A stretch of 64,000 nucleotides of DNA from an uncultured Candidatus Brevefilum sp. (GTDB lineage: Bacteria; Chloroflexota; Anaerolineae; Anaerolineales; Anaerolineaceae): the NCBI GenBank assembly GCA_964643275.1, contig CAZXRL010000001.1, positions 728-64,727 on the forward strand, in the 5' to 3' direction. Made by a program: the position numbers and the translations under genes. Below are positions 19,400 to 29,722 of this stretch, piece by piece. The notes below the pieces were generated by a model that saw nothing but the letters and a program-made list of their open reading frames with translations, was not told the origin of the DNA and did no database searches. Positions within the stretch are counted from its first letter, which is position 1. The number at the start of each line of letters is the position of its first letter.

Positions 19400-20983
19400 T
19401 CAGCCTATATCAGGAAGTTGATCAACCGGTGCGGTCACACGCTGATAGGTACCGGAATCCGGATCATCCAAGCTGCCGCCTGCCATCAAAATACCCAGCT
19501 TCTCTTCAGTTACTTCAGATATGTCAAACTCACCCAGGATCTGTCCTCGATAGATTACCGCCACCCGGTCACTCAGGGACATAATTTCATCCAACTCAAC
19601 TGATACCAGCAGAACACCAGCACCTTCATCGCGGGCTTCAATCAATGTCTTATGGACAAATTCTATACTGCCGACATCAAGTCCGCGCGTTGGCTGGTTG
19701 GCAAGAATAAAATTGGGTTTATGGGAAAGCTCCCTCCCCACGACAATCTTCTGCATGTTCCCCCCAGAAAGTGTATCCACACTGCCGCCCGGTTTTGCGC
19801 CATGAACATCGAAGTTATCAATGATTTGACCCGCAAAATCAGCAACTTTTCTTGCCTGAATGAACCCAAATCTATTGAATTGGGGTTGCCGCTGCCTGCT
19901 GAGCAGAACATTCTCGTCCAGATTGGTGTGCAGGTTCAGCCCCATATGGATCCGGTCTTCCGGGATATGTGCCATGCCATTTTTCCGTCGCTGCTCCACC
20001 GATCCCTGGGTAACAAATTTCCCATCCAGTTTTATCGTCCCGGATTCAACCGGGCGTATTCCGGCAATAGCCTCAGCAAGTTCAGTTTGTCCATTGCCGC
20101 TTACACCTGCAATACCCAATATTTCACCCGAACGGACTGACAGTGACAGATCCACAACAGCAGGATAGCCGTTATCTGAAGCCACTGTTATTTTCTCGGC
20201 TTCAAAAACCAAGTCGCCGGGTTTTGCAAATTCTTTTTTGACATTGAAGAGAACATCGCGTCCAACCATCATGCGTGCCATCTCGGGTATATCGGTGTCA
20301 GCCACATCTTTTGTTCCGACATTCTTTCCGTCGCGCATGACCGTCACCCGGTCTGCTACCTCAATCACTTCAACCAGTTTGTGGGTGATAAAGATGATCG
20401 TTTGTCCCTGTTCCTTGGAAAGACGTTTTACAACTTCCATAAGATCACGGACTTCCTGAGGGGTCAGAACTGCCGTGGGCTCATCAAGGATCAGGATTTT
20501 TGTGTTCCTCTGCAAAGTCTTTAATATCTCAACCCGTTGCTGCATACCTACAGGAAGTTCACCGACCTTCGCTTTTGGATCTACCGGCAGCCCGTATTTT
20601 TCTGCAAGTTTGTTGACGAGTTCTATTTCTTCTTTTTGCTTTAACCAGCCATATTTATTGGGTTCCATCCCCAACATAATGTTCTGAGCGACAGTAAATG
20701 AAGGCACAAGCATGAAATGTTGGTGAACCATTCCAATTCCCAGCCCGATTGCATCATCCGGATGGGTGATTTTAACAGATTGGTCATGAATGAGAATTTC
20801 CCCGGAATCGGGTTTTATAAGACCATAGAGGATGTTCATTAATGTTGATTTCCCGGCGCCATTCTCTCCCACAAGAGCATGGATCTCCCCATCTCGAACT
20901 GAAAAATCCACATGATCATTTGCCTGGACCTCAGTTGAAGAAAAGTATTTGGAAATACCGCGCATTTCTACTGCGTTAGCCAT
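19400..20983 (-). CDS. ABC transporter ATP-binding protein (nucleoside type)
   Basis: GENGAGKST, GMVHQHFML, LDEPTAVLTPQE, LSGGNMQK. Confidence 0.95.
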   Translation of the reverse strand: MANAVEMRGISKYFSSTEVQANDHVDFSVRDGEIHALVGENGAGKSTLMNILYGLIKPDSGEILIHDQSVKITHPDDAIGLGIGMVHQHFMLVPSFTVAQNIMLGMEPNKYGWLKQKEEIELVNKLAEKYGLPVDPKAKVGELPVGMQQRVEILKTLQRNTKILILDEPTAVLTPQEVRDLMEVVKRLSKEQGQTIIFITHKLVEVIEVADRVTVMRDGKNVGTKDVADTDIPEMARMMVGRDVLFNVKKEFAKPGDLVFEAEKITVASDNGYPAVVDLSLSVRSGEILGIAGVSGNGQTELAEAIAGIRPVESGTIKLDGKFVTQGSVEQRRKNGMAHIPEDRIHMGLNLHTNLDENVLLSRQRQPQFNRFGFIQARKVADFAGQIIDNFDVHGAKPGGSVDTLSGGNMQKIVVGRELSHKPNFILANQPTRGLDVGSIEFVHKTLIEARDEGAGVLLVSVELDEIMSLSDRVAVIYRGQILGEFDISEVTEEKLGILMAGGSLDDPDSGTYQRVTAPVDQLPDIG

Positions 20984-20996
20984 AATCTATCCTTAG

Positions 20997-21028
20997 ACCA
21001 GCCCTGAGGAGTGTTCCCCAGGGCTGGT
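20997..21028 (-). other. intercistronic hairpin after the BMP gene
   Basis: ACCAGCCCTG / CAGGGCTGGT. Confidence 0.6.
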
Positions 21029-21052
21029 TAGATCTATCGTAAATTGGATGTG

Positions 21053-22123
21053 TTATTTTAACGGAGAGCAGGCTTCTGTCTCCAAACCCGGATCGGTCAG
21101 CGCATTACAAACGGTGTATTCGCCGGCCAGAATCTTTGCCCGGTATTCTTCAACTAAAGCTTCAACGTCGTCAAGCTGAGCGACCATGTCTTCGGGACCT
21201 TCATCGCGGAATGTCGTTGAACCTTCGTCCCAGGAAAGACCGGCAGCGCCATCTGCCATACCAATCTCCATGAAACCACCCTGGAAAGTACCGTCAAGTA
21301 CCATCTCAATGGGCATGAAGGTTGTGATATCAACGCGCTTGATCATTGAAACAATAACGTGGCCGGGGGCAACAAAGTCCTGGTTGGAGTCCACGCCAAT
21401 GGAGTAGAGGCCATATTCCTGCGAAGCGGCCAGAACACCCTCACCGGAACGACCGGCGATCTGAAAAACAATATCCGCACCGGCGTCATATTGAGCAGCC
21501 GCAGTTTCCTTACCCAAAGTGGGGTTGGAGAAGTCAAAACCAAGATAGCTCACCATGACGTCACAATCGGGGCAGACTTCCAGAACGCCCTGCTTGTAAC
21601 CATAGAAGAACTGGTTCAGACCAGGGGCATCACCACCAACAACGGCACCAACAATCTTCGATTCGGTCAATGAACCGGCAACAAGTCCAGCCAGGAAACT
21701 GGATTCATGCACATTGATCTGGAATGCGATCAGGTTATCAGGCAGTTCATCTGCGAAGACCTCTGACGGAGAGGCAAATTTCTGTTCCGGGAATTCAGCA
21801 GCAATATTCAGGAGCAATTCTGCATCCCAGGCCAGCGGCATGATCACGTCATAACCTTGCGCGATCGCGCTCCGTAATGCTGATTCATGCTCAGCAATAC
21901 CCTGAGTCTCAATGACAACAGCTGTTACGGGCAGTTCTTCGTTTGCACGATCGATGCCACGGGCGGCTGAGTCAATGAATGAGCGATCACCCAATGGGTT
22001 CGGTGTTAGCAGTGCTGCAGTTACGCCTTCATCTTCTTCAGCTTCAGCTGCCGGACCACATGCGGTCAGCACCAAAGTGAATGCAAGAAGGATTGAGATA
22101 ACGAACAAGAAACGGCTTTTCAT
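21053..22123 (-). CDS. BMP-family ABC transporter substrate-binding lipoprotein
   Basis: lipobox LTAC; LGDRSF, GADIVFQIAG.SGEG, SIGVDSNQ, SMIKRVD; start MKSRF with AAGGAG RBS. Confidence 0.93.
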   Translation of the reverse strand: MKSRFLFVISILLAFTLVLTACGPAAEAEEDEGVTAALLTPNPLGDRSFIDSAARGIDRANEELPVTAVVIETQGIAEHESALRSAIAQGYDVIMPLAWDAELLLNIAAEFPEQKFASPSEVFADELPDNLIAFQINVHESSFLAGLVAGSLTESKIVGAVVGGDAPGLNQFFYGYKQGVLEVCPDCDVMVSYLGFDFSNPTLGKETAAAQYDAGADIVFQIAGRSGEGVLAASQEYGLYSIGVDSNQDFVAPGHVIVSMIKRVDITTFMPIEMVLDGTFQGGFMEIGMADGAAGLSWDEGSTTFRDEGPEDMVAQLDDVEALVEEYRAKILAGEYTVCNALTDPGLETEACSPLK

Positions 22124-22333
22124 TCTTTTCTCCTTATTTCGGGAATTAATCAATGGGTAAACAGACAAGCTTTTCTCAAAATTTCGCAATCTTTTACCGA
22201 AACCACCTCCTTCTATGTTAAGTGGCAATTAACAAATTACGTCATATTTTATCATATTGTTAGACAATTAAAACAATATTCATAGTTATTAATGTTAAAG
22301 TACTTACTTCTTCAGATTCCCTGTTTATGATAC

Positions 22334-22891
22334 TTACTCTAAATCCAGTAATTTCAACAGGCGCACTCGATACGTGATGTTACGGTCCGGTTTTTCGGGG
22401 GCAACTTTGGATGCCTCCTTGAAAAAGTGATCCAGATCCCGCCCCATTTCTGCACCGCGTTTTGTGTGCATATCAATAGCATAATCCGGGACATCAGGGA
22501 CCTCGTCTGTTTGTTTGAGCCAGTTTAGCAATTCATCACTTGATCGGTCTTTTTCACTCTCACATAAATAACGGACAGCGTGGATCGCAAACAAAGGTCT
22601 GTCCAGGGCGCCTTGACTGAATCGGGTATGCATTTCATACAATGCATTGATTAACAGAGGGGCTTGAGGATTACCCAGACCGACATCTTCGACCGAGATG
22701 ACGATCAATCGGATCCAGAGTTTTTCCTCCAATTCCGGACTGGTCCGGATCAACTCGTAAGCCAATCTTGCGGCGTTCTCAGTGTGCCCACGTCGGATTT
22801 CCTTTTGCAAAGCCGAAATGACCTCATCAGCGGGTAAATCATGATAAGTTTTGACTTTTTGCCATGGATCGGGAGGTAAGGTAACTTTCAT
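22334..22891 (-). CDS. stand-alone RarA/MgsA C-terminal-like helical domain protein, no AAA+ module
   Basis: ISALQKEIRRG...W.RL.VISVEDVG resembles the post-ATPase region of RarA; no Walker A; VPDYAIDMHT. Confidence 0.7.
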   Translation of the reverse strand: MKVTLPPDPWQKVKTYHDLPADEVISALQKEIRRGHTENAARLAYELIRTSPELEEKLWIRLIVISVEDVGLGNPQAPLLINALYEMHTRFSQGALDRPLFAIHAVRYLCESEKDRSSDELLNWLKQTDEVPDVPDYAIDMHTKRGAEMGRDLDHFFKEASKVAPEKPDRNITYRVRLLKLLDLE

Positions 22892-22907
22892 TATAATTAA
22901 ACCCTTT

Positions 22908-23837
22908 CTAGGCTGCGGCCATCTTTAATAATTGGTAAAAACGCTCAGCGTCAACTTTGAGGATGATGTTCACATTTGGTGGATTTTTGGATAATCCCCA
23001 CCAATCCACAACTGTCATGCCCCGGCTCAGCTGTCCCATACGTTCAATCTGGACAAATTTTTCCACGGACTCAATGACAATATCCGGCTCCATCAATACA
23101 GCCATCGCCAGGGGATCAGCGGCGTAACTCATCTCACGGTTGAGCACTTGTCTTAAGAACTCAAGTGTCTTTTTGGTAATCTTCTTGAGAAACCTGCTTC
23201 TGGGATTATCAAAATTGAGCAATACCTCGAAATCCTCAATCGCCATACCATGCGCAATTGTTGCTTCCCAGGAAACCATGGTTAAACCCGGCCAGTTATC
23301 AAATACAACTGCAGCCGCATCAGGGTCTGCAAAGATATTGAATTCAGCAGGCAGATTGGGGGTGTTGCCCTGGGCATAATGTGCGCCGCCCATGATCACC
23401 AGCTTTTTATAATAAGTGGGCAACTCTGGGTCTAAGCGGAGGGCCAAGGCCAGGTTTGTGAGCGGGCCAATGGCGATCAGCTCCAATTCTCCGGGGTTTT
23501 CCTTACCCAGCCGGATCAAGGCTAATGCCGCCGGTTCATCTTCCAATTTTCGTGAGGACTTAGGGATATCAACACCTCCCAGGCCATCTTCGCCGTGGAC
23601 ATAGCTTGCATCCTCGCCCTGTTCCACCAATGCGGTCTTTGATCCCGCAAAAACCGGGATAGGCCCAGCATCCAGGACATCCAATATTTTCAAGGCATTC
23701 TTTGAGGTATGCGCCACACCTACATTCCCTGCAACCGTGGTAATCGCTTCAATTTTTACATTGGGATGCTGATGGGCCATCATAATCGCCTCAGCATCAT
23801 CAATACCGGGGTCGCAGTCAATCACAATCCGCTTCAT
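22908..23837 (-). CDS. nucleoside hydrolase (IU-NH family)
   Basis: DCDPGIDDA, IGPLTNLA, IMGG, AEFNIFADPDAA. Confidence 0.93.
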   Translation of the reverse strand: MKRIVIDCDPGIDDAEAIMMAHQHPNVKIEAITTVAGNVGVAHTSKNALKILDVLDAGPIPVFAGSKTALVEQGEDASYVHGEDGLGGVDIPKSSRKLEDEPAALALIRLGKENPGELELIAIGPLTNLALALRLDPELPTYYKKLVIMGGAHYAQGNTPNLPAEFNIFADPDAAAVVFDNWPGLTMVSWEATIAHGMAIEDFEVLLNFDNPRSRFLKKITKKTLEFLRQVLNREMSYAADPLAMAVLMEPDIVIESVEKFVQIERMGQLSRGMTVVDWWGLSKNPPNVNIILKVDAERFYQLLKMAAA

Positions 23838-25168
23838 TTTTTCTCCTCTTGTTTCAATAAATTCGCTTCTAACTGTAAATAATCTCGATTAATTTGTTTG
23901 ACAGCAGCCGGGTAATCAACGGTTTTCCATTCTTTATCCCTCAGCAGCCAATCCCCACCTGCCATCACATCCGTCACATGCATACCGCTGACCGCGTAAA
24001 CAATTGCGGTGTAAAGGTCCTGCGCGCCTTTTGGCGCCCAGCCGATATCCTGCAGATCAACGGCAATCCAGTCAGCCAGCTTACCCGGTTCAAGGCTTCC
24101 AATTCTATCTTCCCAACCCAAAGCCTTGGCACCACCCAGTGTTGCCATTTCAAGGACTTCAATCGCTGGTACAGCTGCCGGTTCAGATTCGCGATACACC
24201 TGAAGTTTTGCCGCAATATCCATCTCCCGAAAGAGGTCATAGGAATTTGCATTGGCGACGTTATCCGTGCCAATCGCTGTATTGACGCCAGCCGCGCGCA
24301 TGGCTTTGACCGGCGCGGCCGGGAACCCACTCCGCATGGAGGATGATGCACAAACCACTGCGGTGAAACAGCTTTCAGCCAGTGTTGAAAAGTCTTTCTC
24401 GGAGACTGTAATGCTGTGTGCTGCAATCAAAGGAAACTCAAGAATGCCAAGCGCTTTCATCCGTTCAACAGCCGAGATCCCAAACTTCTCCTGGCAATAA
24501 TCCTCCTCTTCACTGCTGGTCGCAAAGTGAATGTGCAAGCCTGTGTCAAATCGTCTCGCCAGGTCCAGTTCCAATTCAATAATCTCTTCGCTGTTGTCCA
24601 CAAAAAATGCGTGCGGGCCAACCCAGCCTTTGATTTTTGGATGATCGGAAAGACTTTCCAAAAAGGCGGTCGCGGAAGCAATTTCCCGGGCCCGGGATTC
24701 GGCATCGCCAAGTTCAACAATCCCATAGGCCAGGGCGGCTCTCAAACCGCTTTTTTCCACTACTGGATAGATATCCTTCATATAAAAATACTGATCCGCA
24801 AAACAGGTAGTGCCAGTCCGGATCATTTCCGCACAGCTCACTTCAACTGCTGCCGGAACCATACTTGCATCCGCTGCCCCTTCCAGCCTCCGCAGGCAAT
24901 TAATAAACCCGTCCATGGTAAAGAGAGAAATTCCCTCAGCCAACCCCCTGAATAACGACATGGGTGTGTGCGCATGGGCATTGATCAACCCGGGCATTAC
25001 CAGGCGGTCACTGAAATCCAGGACGTTATCCGCCAGAGATTCCGGAACATCTTCTGGCCTTCCTGCACGGAGGATTCTTTCATCCTCAAATAAAAGATGA
25101 CCAGGTTCGAAAATCTCCCTCTGGTCATCCATCGTTATGATTATGCCGGCTTTGATCAATGTTTTCAT
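23834..25168 (-). CDS. amidohydrolase, MtaD/AtzA-like nucleoside deaminase family
   Basis: PGLINAHAH, EMIRTGTTCFADQY, GTD, MATLGGAKALG, GSLEPGKLAD; start MKTLI with AAGGA RBS. Confidence 0.88.
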   Translation of the reverse strand: MKTLIKAGIIITMDDQREIFEPGHLLFEDERILRAGRPEDVPESLADNVLDFSDRLVMPGLINAHAHTPMSLFRGLAEGISLFTMDGFINCLRRLEGAADASMVPAAVEVSCAEMIRTGTTCFADQYFYMKDIYPVVEKSGLRAALAYGIVELGDAESRAREIASATAFLESLSDHPKIKGWVGPHAFFVDNSEEIIELELDLARRFDTGLHIHFATSSEEEDYCQEKFGISAVERMKALGILEFPLIAAHSITVSEKDFSTLAESCFTAVVCASSSMRSGFPAAPVKAMRAAGVNTAIGTDNVANANSYDLFREMDIAAKLQVYRESEPAAVPAIEVLEMATLGGAKALGWEDRIGSLEPGKLADWIAVDLQDIGWAPKGAQDLYTAIVYAVSGMHVTDVMAGGDWLLRDKEWKTVDYPAAVKQINRDYLQLEANLLKQEEKK

Positions 25169-25217
25169 CAATGCTGTTTCCTTTGTAAGGTTGGAGGTCA
25201 TCATTAACTTCTGGCTT

Positions 25218-25247
25218 ATTTTAGCAGAAGAATTGAAGAATGGTCAA
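25218..25247 (-). promoter_or_regulatory. sigma70-type promoter of the nucleoside-catabolism operon
   Basis: TTGACC, 18 bp, TAAAAT with extended TG. Confidence 0.55.
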
Positions 25248-25288
25248 TGAACGCTGGAATTATTTTATGTTAACTTAATTAACTTCCA

Positions 25289-25350
25289 TTGACGAGTTAT
25301 TAATTTTATGATAATATTCACATATGTGAGCAAGCTATTACATTTGTGAA
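25289..25350 (+). promoter_or_regulatory. promoter plus tandem SorC-type operator
   Basis: TTGACG, 17 bp, TAATAT; then TCACATATGTGA (25318-25329, perfect palindrome) and TTACATTTGTGA (25338-25349). Confidence 0.7.
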
Positions 25351-25365
25351 GACGGAGTTTTTTGC

Positions 25366-26331
25366 GTGGTCGATTCAAATCGCCAAAATGACCGGCTGGA
25401 TTTACTGGCTGATGTTGCGGAAATGTATTTTCTCCAGGGTAAAAACCAGGCGGAAATCGCGCGCAAGATTGGCATGACACGCTCCAATGTATCCCGAATG
25501 TTAACCGAGGCCCGCAATTCAGGGGTCATTCAAATCCATATCAATCGCCCGCTTCAGGAAAACCACACTCTCGCCCAGCAACTGGTCGAGCGTTTTGGTT
25601 TAATCAATGCCCGTGTCGTGAAGGTGGATATTCCCGCACAGCTTTTGGATAAACTCGGTCAGATAGCAAGCAAAGAGCTTCTGGCGCATCTCAAGCCGGG
25701 ATGGATCCTGGGTACATCCTGGGGTACGGCAATTCACGCTGCGGTTGATCAGCTTGAGGTCTCTGACCCGGTTTCCGATATCAAAGTCGCTCAAATGTTG
25801 GGCGCTCTTGGTGCTCGAATCAAAGAATATGATGGACATTCAATCGTACGGCTCTTGGAACAGAAACTTTCTGCAGAAGGCATCTACATCAACGCGCCAT
25901 TTCTTGTTGAAAATAAGGACGTTGCTCACTCTTTATTGGAGAATAAAAGTGTTCATGAATCCCTGAACTTTGCAAAGCGTTCGGATATCGCGCTTTTAGG
26001 TGTAGGCAGTTCGGAACTCGCTCATTGCAGCTATTATCTCGCGGATTATGTGACCCGGAAAGAAATTCGTGATATTCAGAAAACCGGCGCCATTGGGGAT
26101 GTCTGCGGCCGTTTCTTCAATCTTCAGGGAGAAATATGTGCAAAGGATTTTCAGCAACGCTTTATCGGTATTTTTGCTGAAGACCTGCTTAAAATTCCCC
26201 TTCGAATGGGGATTGCGGGCGGGCCAGCGAAGATTGAACCAATTCTTGGTGCCTTGAGAGGAAAATTGATCAACATCCTGGTTTCTGACGAAGCCTCGGT
26301 AAAAGAGGTCCTCAAAAGATCGGAGCAGTAG
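25366..26331 (+). CDS. SorC/DeoR/LsrR-family sugar-phosphate-binding regulator
   Basis: YFLQGKNQAEIARKIGMTRSNVSRMLTEAR, SWGT, GAIGDVCGRFF, INILVSDE. Confidence 0.93.
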   Translation: MVDSNRQNDRLDLLADVAEMYFLQGKNQAEIARKIGMTRSNVSRMLTEARNSGVIQIHINRPLQENHTLAQQLVERFGLINARVVKVDIPAQLLDKLGQIASKELLAHLKPGWILGTSWGTAIHAAVDQLEVSDPVSDIKVAQMLGALGARIKEYDGHSIVRLLEQKLSAEGIYINAPFLVENKDVAHSLLENKSVHESLNFAKRSDIALLGVGSSELAHCSYYLADYVTRKEIRDIQKTGAIGDVCGRFFNLQGEICAKDFQQRFIGIFAEDLLKIPLRMGIAGGPAKIEPILGALRGKLINILVSDEASVKEVLKRSEQ

Positions 26332-26357
26332 CAGAGTTTACCCATTGAAAGGATTAT

Positions 26358-27389
26358 ATGACAACTGAAAAACCAAAAATGAAATTTGATAATAAAAAAA
26401 CCACAGATATCTTGAAAAAGGCCGATGAGCTCGGGTTTTCTAAAGATGATCTGATCGAGATTTACAGCACGATGATCAAGATCCGCCTTTTTGAAGAGAT
26501 GGCCGATCACCTTTATGCCATGGGAAAAGTGCACGGCACAATGCACCTCTCGGCTGGTCAGGAAGGGGTGGCTATTGGGACAGGTTTAACGATGAAACCG
26601 GAAGATTACCTTCTCAATCATCACCGGGGACATGGACACCTCATCGCTAATGGCGCTGATGTTAATAAAATGATGGCAGAATTCCTTGGGAAGCAGACAG
26701 GGTACTGCCGTGGCCGAGGCGGCTCCATGCACATTGCCGATGTCGAGGCCAACAATCTTGGTGCAAATGGCATTGTAGGAGGCGGGATCGAACTGGCCGC
26801 CGGCGTAGGCCTTGCCATCCAGATGCAGAATCAGGAACGGATTGTCCTTGTGATCTTTGGGGATGGTGCAGCCAACGAAGGGATTTTCCACGAATCGCTG
26901 AACATGGCTGCCATCTGGGATTTACCTGTCGTGTACCTATGCGAGAACAATCAATATGGTATGTCGGCCGATGTCAGCCGGGTTTCCTCAAAAGTGCCTT
27001 TCCGAGGCCGGGCAGAAGCCCACGGCATTCCCGGATATTACATTGATGGGAACGATGTACTTGCCGTCTATGAATACATGAAACAGGCCATCGACCATGC
27101 GCGGTCAAGGAAAGGCCCGGTCTTTGTTGAAGCTCAGACTTACCGCTACTTTGGTCATTCCAAGAGCGATCGCAACCTTTATCGAACCAAAGAAGAGATT
27201 TCAGAATGGCGAGCCAAAGGCCCTATTACTCGGTTTGAAGAATTACTGATGAAAGCTGACATGATGACGGATCAGGATATTGAGCGGATAAAAAAGGATA
27301 TGGCCCAGGTCATTAATGAGGCTGTTGAATTCGCAGAAAATTCGCCGGAACCTGATATTAATAATGTTACGGAGTGGGTATATGCCTGA
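26358..27389 (+). CDS. TPP-dependent dehydrogenase E1 alpha (acetoin/pyruvate dehydrogenase-like)
   Basis: [38 protein letters not shown]. Confidence 0.93.
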   Translation: MTTEKPKMKFDNKKTTDILKKADELGFSKDDLIEIYSTMIKIRLFEEMADHLYAMGKVHGTMHLSAGQEGVAIGTGLTMKPEDYLLNHHRGHGHLIANGADVNKMMAEFLGKQTGYCRGRGGSMHIADVEANNLGANGIVGGGIELAAGVGLAIQMQNQERIVLVIFGDGAANEGIFHESLNMAAIWDLPVVYLCENNQYGMSADVSRVSSKVPFRGRAEAHGIPGYYIDGNDVLAVYEYMKQAIDHARSRKGPVFVEAQTYRYFGHSKSDRNLYRTKEEISEWRAKGPITRFEELLMKADMMTDQDIERIKKDMAQVINEAVEFAENSPEPDINNVTEWVYA

Positions 27390-28368
27390 AATTACTTATC
27401 GCCAAGCCATCCACGATACAATGGTTGAAGAAATGCGTCGTGATGATAAAGTCTTTTTAATCGGTGAGGATATCGGTACCTATGGCGGTGCTTTTGGTGT
27501 GAGCGCTGGGATGCTTGAGGAATTTGGGCCCGATCGGATCAGAGAAACGCCAATTTCGGAGCAGGCCATCGTTGGCGCAGCAGCCGGGGCAGCCATGGTC
27601 GGGATGCGCCCAATTGCCGAGATGATGTTCATGGATTTTATTCTTCTCGCAATGGAACCCCTGGTCAATCAGGCAGCTAAAGCCCGTTATATGTTCGGTG
27701 GTAAAGCGACCGTCCCAATGGTTGTCAGAATGCCCAGCGGATCCGGAACCGGGGCTGCCGCCCAACATTCACAATCCCTCGAAACAATTCTAATGCATAT
27801 CCCTGGGATCAAAGTTGTAGCACCCAGCACCCCCTACGACGCCAAGGGATTGCTTCTCAGCAGTATCCGTGACCCCAACCCTGTTTGTTTTGTGGAACAC
27901 AAACTCCTTTATAAGGCAAAAGGAGAAGTGCCTGAAGGTGAATACACAATCCCGCTCGGCGTAGCAGATATCAAACGTTCCGGGATAGACATCACCGTGG
28001 TTGCATCTCAAATTATGGTTCACAAAACCCTGGCGGTAGCCGAAAAACTCCAGGATGAAGGCATTTCGGTCGAGGTGGTTGATCCCCGGACCATGCGTCC
28101 ACTGGACGTGGACACCATCGCAAAATCTGTGAAAAAGACCGGGCGTTTGCTGGTTGTTCATGAAGCCGTAAAAACCGCTGGATGGGCAGGTGAAGTTATG
28201 GCCTCCATTTCTGAGACCCCTGCCTGGGATTATCTGGACACCCCCATGCGGCGGTTGACGGGCAAAGATGTGCCTATCCCTTACAATCCCAACCTTGAAG
28301 CCGCAGCCGTGCCACAAGAAGACGATATCCTCCGGGAAATCCGGGCGATTGTCAACAACACGTATTGA
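27382..28368 (+). CDS. TPP-dependent dehydrogenase E1 beta
   Basis: GEDIG, ETPISE, QHSQSLE, EHKLLY; start MPEIT. Confidence 0.93.
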   Translation: MPEITYRQAIHDTMVEEMRRDDKVFLIGEDIGTYGGAFGVSAGMLEEFGPDRIRETPISEQAIVGAAAGAAMVGMRPIAEMMFMDFILLAMEPLVNQAAKARYMFGGKATVPMVVRMPSGSGTGAAAQHSQSLETILMHIPGIKVVAPSTPYDAKGLLLSSIRDPNPVCFVEHKLLYKAKGEVPEGEYTIPLGVADIKRSGIDITVVASQIMVHKTLAVAEKLQDEGISVEVVDPRTMRPLDVDTIAKSVKKTGRLLVVHEAVKTAGWAGEVMASISETPAWDYLDTPMRRLTGKDVPIPYNPNLEAAAVPQEDDILREIRAIVNNTY

Positions 28369-28382
28369 AAAGGAGTTGAGCA

Positions 28383-29696
28383 ATGCCAACCCCGTTTATT
28401 ATGCCAAAAATGGATATGGACCAGGAATCGGTCACCATCAACGAATGGCTGAAAAAAGAAGGTGATCCTGTCAAGAAAGGCGAACCTTTGGTTGTGATCG
28501 AGACCGACAAAATCACCAGTGAGGTCGAAGCGCCAGCTACGGGCAGGCTCGCCGGAATCATCTATCGTGAAAATGTCGATGTGCCTGTCTCCGAAGTTGT
28601 TGCCTATATTTTGGGTGAGGATGAGACTGAATCTGACCTGCCTGAAAGAACAGAACCTGAGACAGACACCCGTGTTAATCAGGAAGATAAAGATAAAGAA
28701 GAAAAAAGCACATTAAAAACTGAAAAGACTGCTACAGCTGTTGCCCAACGGATGGCGGAGGCTGAAGGCATCAACCTCCAGGATATTCCCGCCTCAGGAG
28801 AAAAAATCACCAAAGAAGACGTCGAAAAATATCTGGGCGGTCTGGAAGGTGTCGAGCCACGAGTCCAGACGCCTGCAACGCCAGCCGCCCGCAGGATTGG
28901 CCATGAGAAAAACCTTGATTTGACCCGGGTTGAGGGATCGGGCCCGAGAAGTCGGGTTCAGGCAGCCGATGTTCAATCAGTATCAGGACAAACCCCGGGG
29001 CTTGGTGAAACCCTTGCCCTAAGTAATATGCGTAAACGTATCGCTGAACGGTTGACCACAAGCTACCAGACCACACCGCATATCTACCTCACTACTGAGG
29101 TGGATATGCGTGAAGCTGAAGCAAGCCGGAAACGGATGAATGAGCTTGCCAACCAAGATAGTACGCCTGCTATATCTATGACTGCTTTCATCACCCGGAT
29201 CGTCGCCTGGAGCCTGAAACGGCATCCATATCTGAATGCGTCCTTCCAAAATAATGAAATCAGGTTTTGGGAGGAGATCAACATCGGGATTGCCACAGCC
29301 CTGGACGACGGTCTGATTGTGCCCGTCATCCGGAATGCGGACCAAATGACAGCCAAAGAAATCAACAATACACTCCGAGATCTGACCCGGAGGGCAAGGT
29401 CTGGTGACCTTTCTCTCGATGAGATCCAGAATGGCACCTTCACGATATCCAACCTCGGGATGTATGGCATTCAATCTTTTACAGCGATTATCAATCCCCC
29501 GCAGTCAGCAATTCTTGCTGTCGGCACCCTGACCCGTCGCCCGGTTGTTGTTGATGATGCTGACACACTCGAGATACGACCGATGATAATGCTAACCCTT
29601 GGGGCGGACCATCGCATTGTAGACGGTGCCGTTGCAGCCGAATTCTTAGCTGACATTGTCAAAGCGCTGGAGACCCCCGAACTGTTACTGTTTTAA
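28383..29696 (+). CDS. dihydrolipoamide acyltransferase E2 (one lipoyl domain, two subunit-binding domains)
   Basis: ETDK lipoyl motif, TISNLGMYG, DHRIVDGA. Confidence 0.93.
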   Translation: MPTPFIMPKMDMDQESVTINEWLKKEGDPVKKGEPLVVIETDKITSEVEAPATGRLAGIIYRENVDVPVSEVVAYILGEDETESDLPERTEPETDTRVNQEDKDKEEKSTLKTEKTATAVAQRMAEAEGINLQDIPASGEKITKEDVEKYLGGLEGVEPRVQTPATPAARRIGHEKNLDLTRVEGSGPRSRVQAADVQSVSGQTPGLGETLALSNMRKRIAERLTTSYQTTPHIYLTTEVDMREAEASRKRMNELANQDSTPAISMTAFITRIVAWSLKRHPYLNASFQNNEIRFWEEINIGIATALDDGLIVPVIRNADQMTAKEINNTLRDLTRRARSGDLSLDEIQNGTFTISNLGMYGIQSFTAIINPPQSAILAVGTLTRRPVVVDDADTLEIRPMIMLTLGADHRIVDGAVAAEFLADIVKALETPELLLF

Positions 29697-29722
29697 TATT
29701 TATTTTTATCATAAGGAGAATA

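Noticed and set aside
22124-22228. 35-aa extension or leader peptide of the BMP gene
   Set aside because: TTG start without an RBS; the signal peptide begins at 22123 behind AAGGAG.
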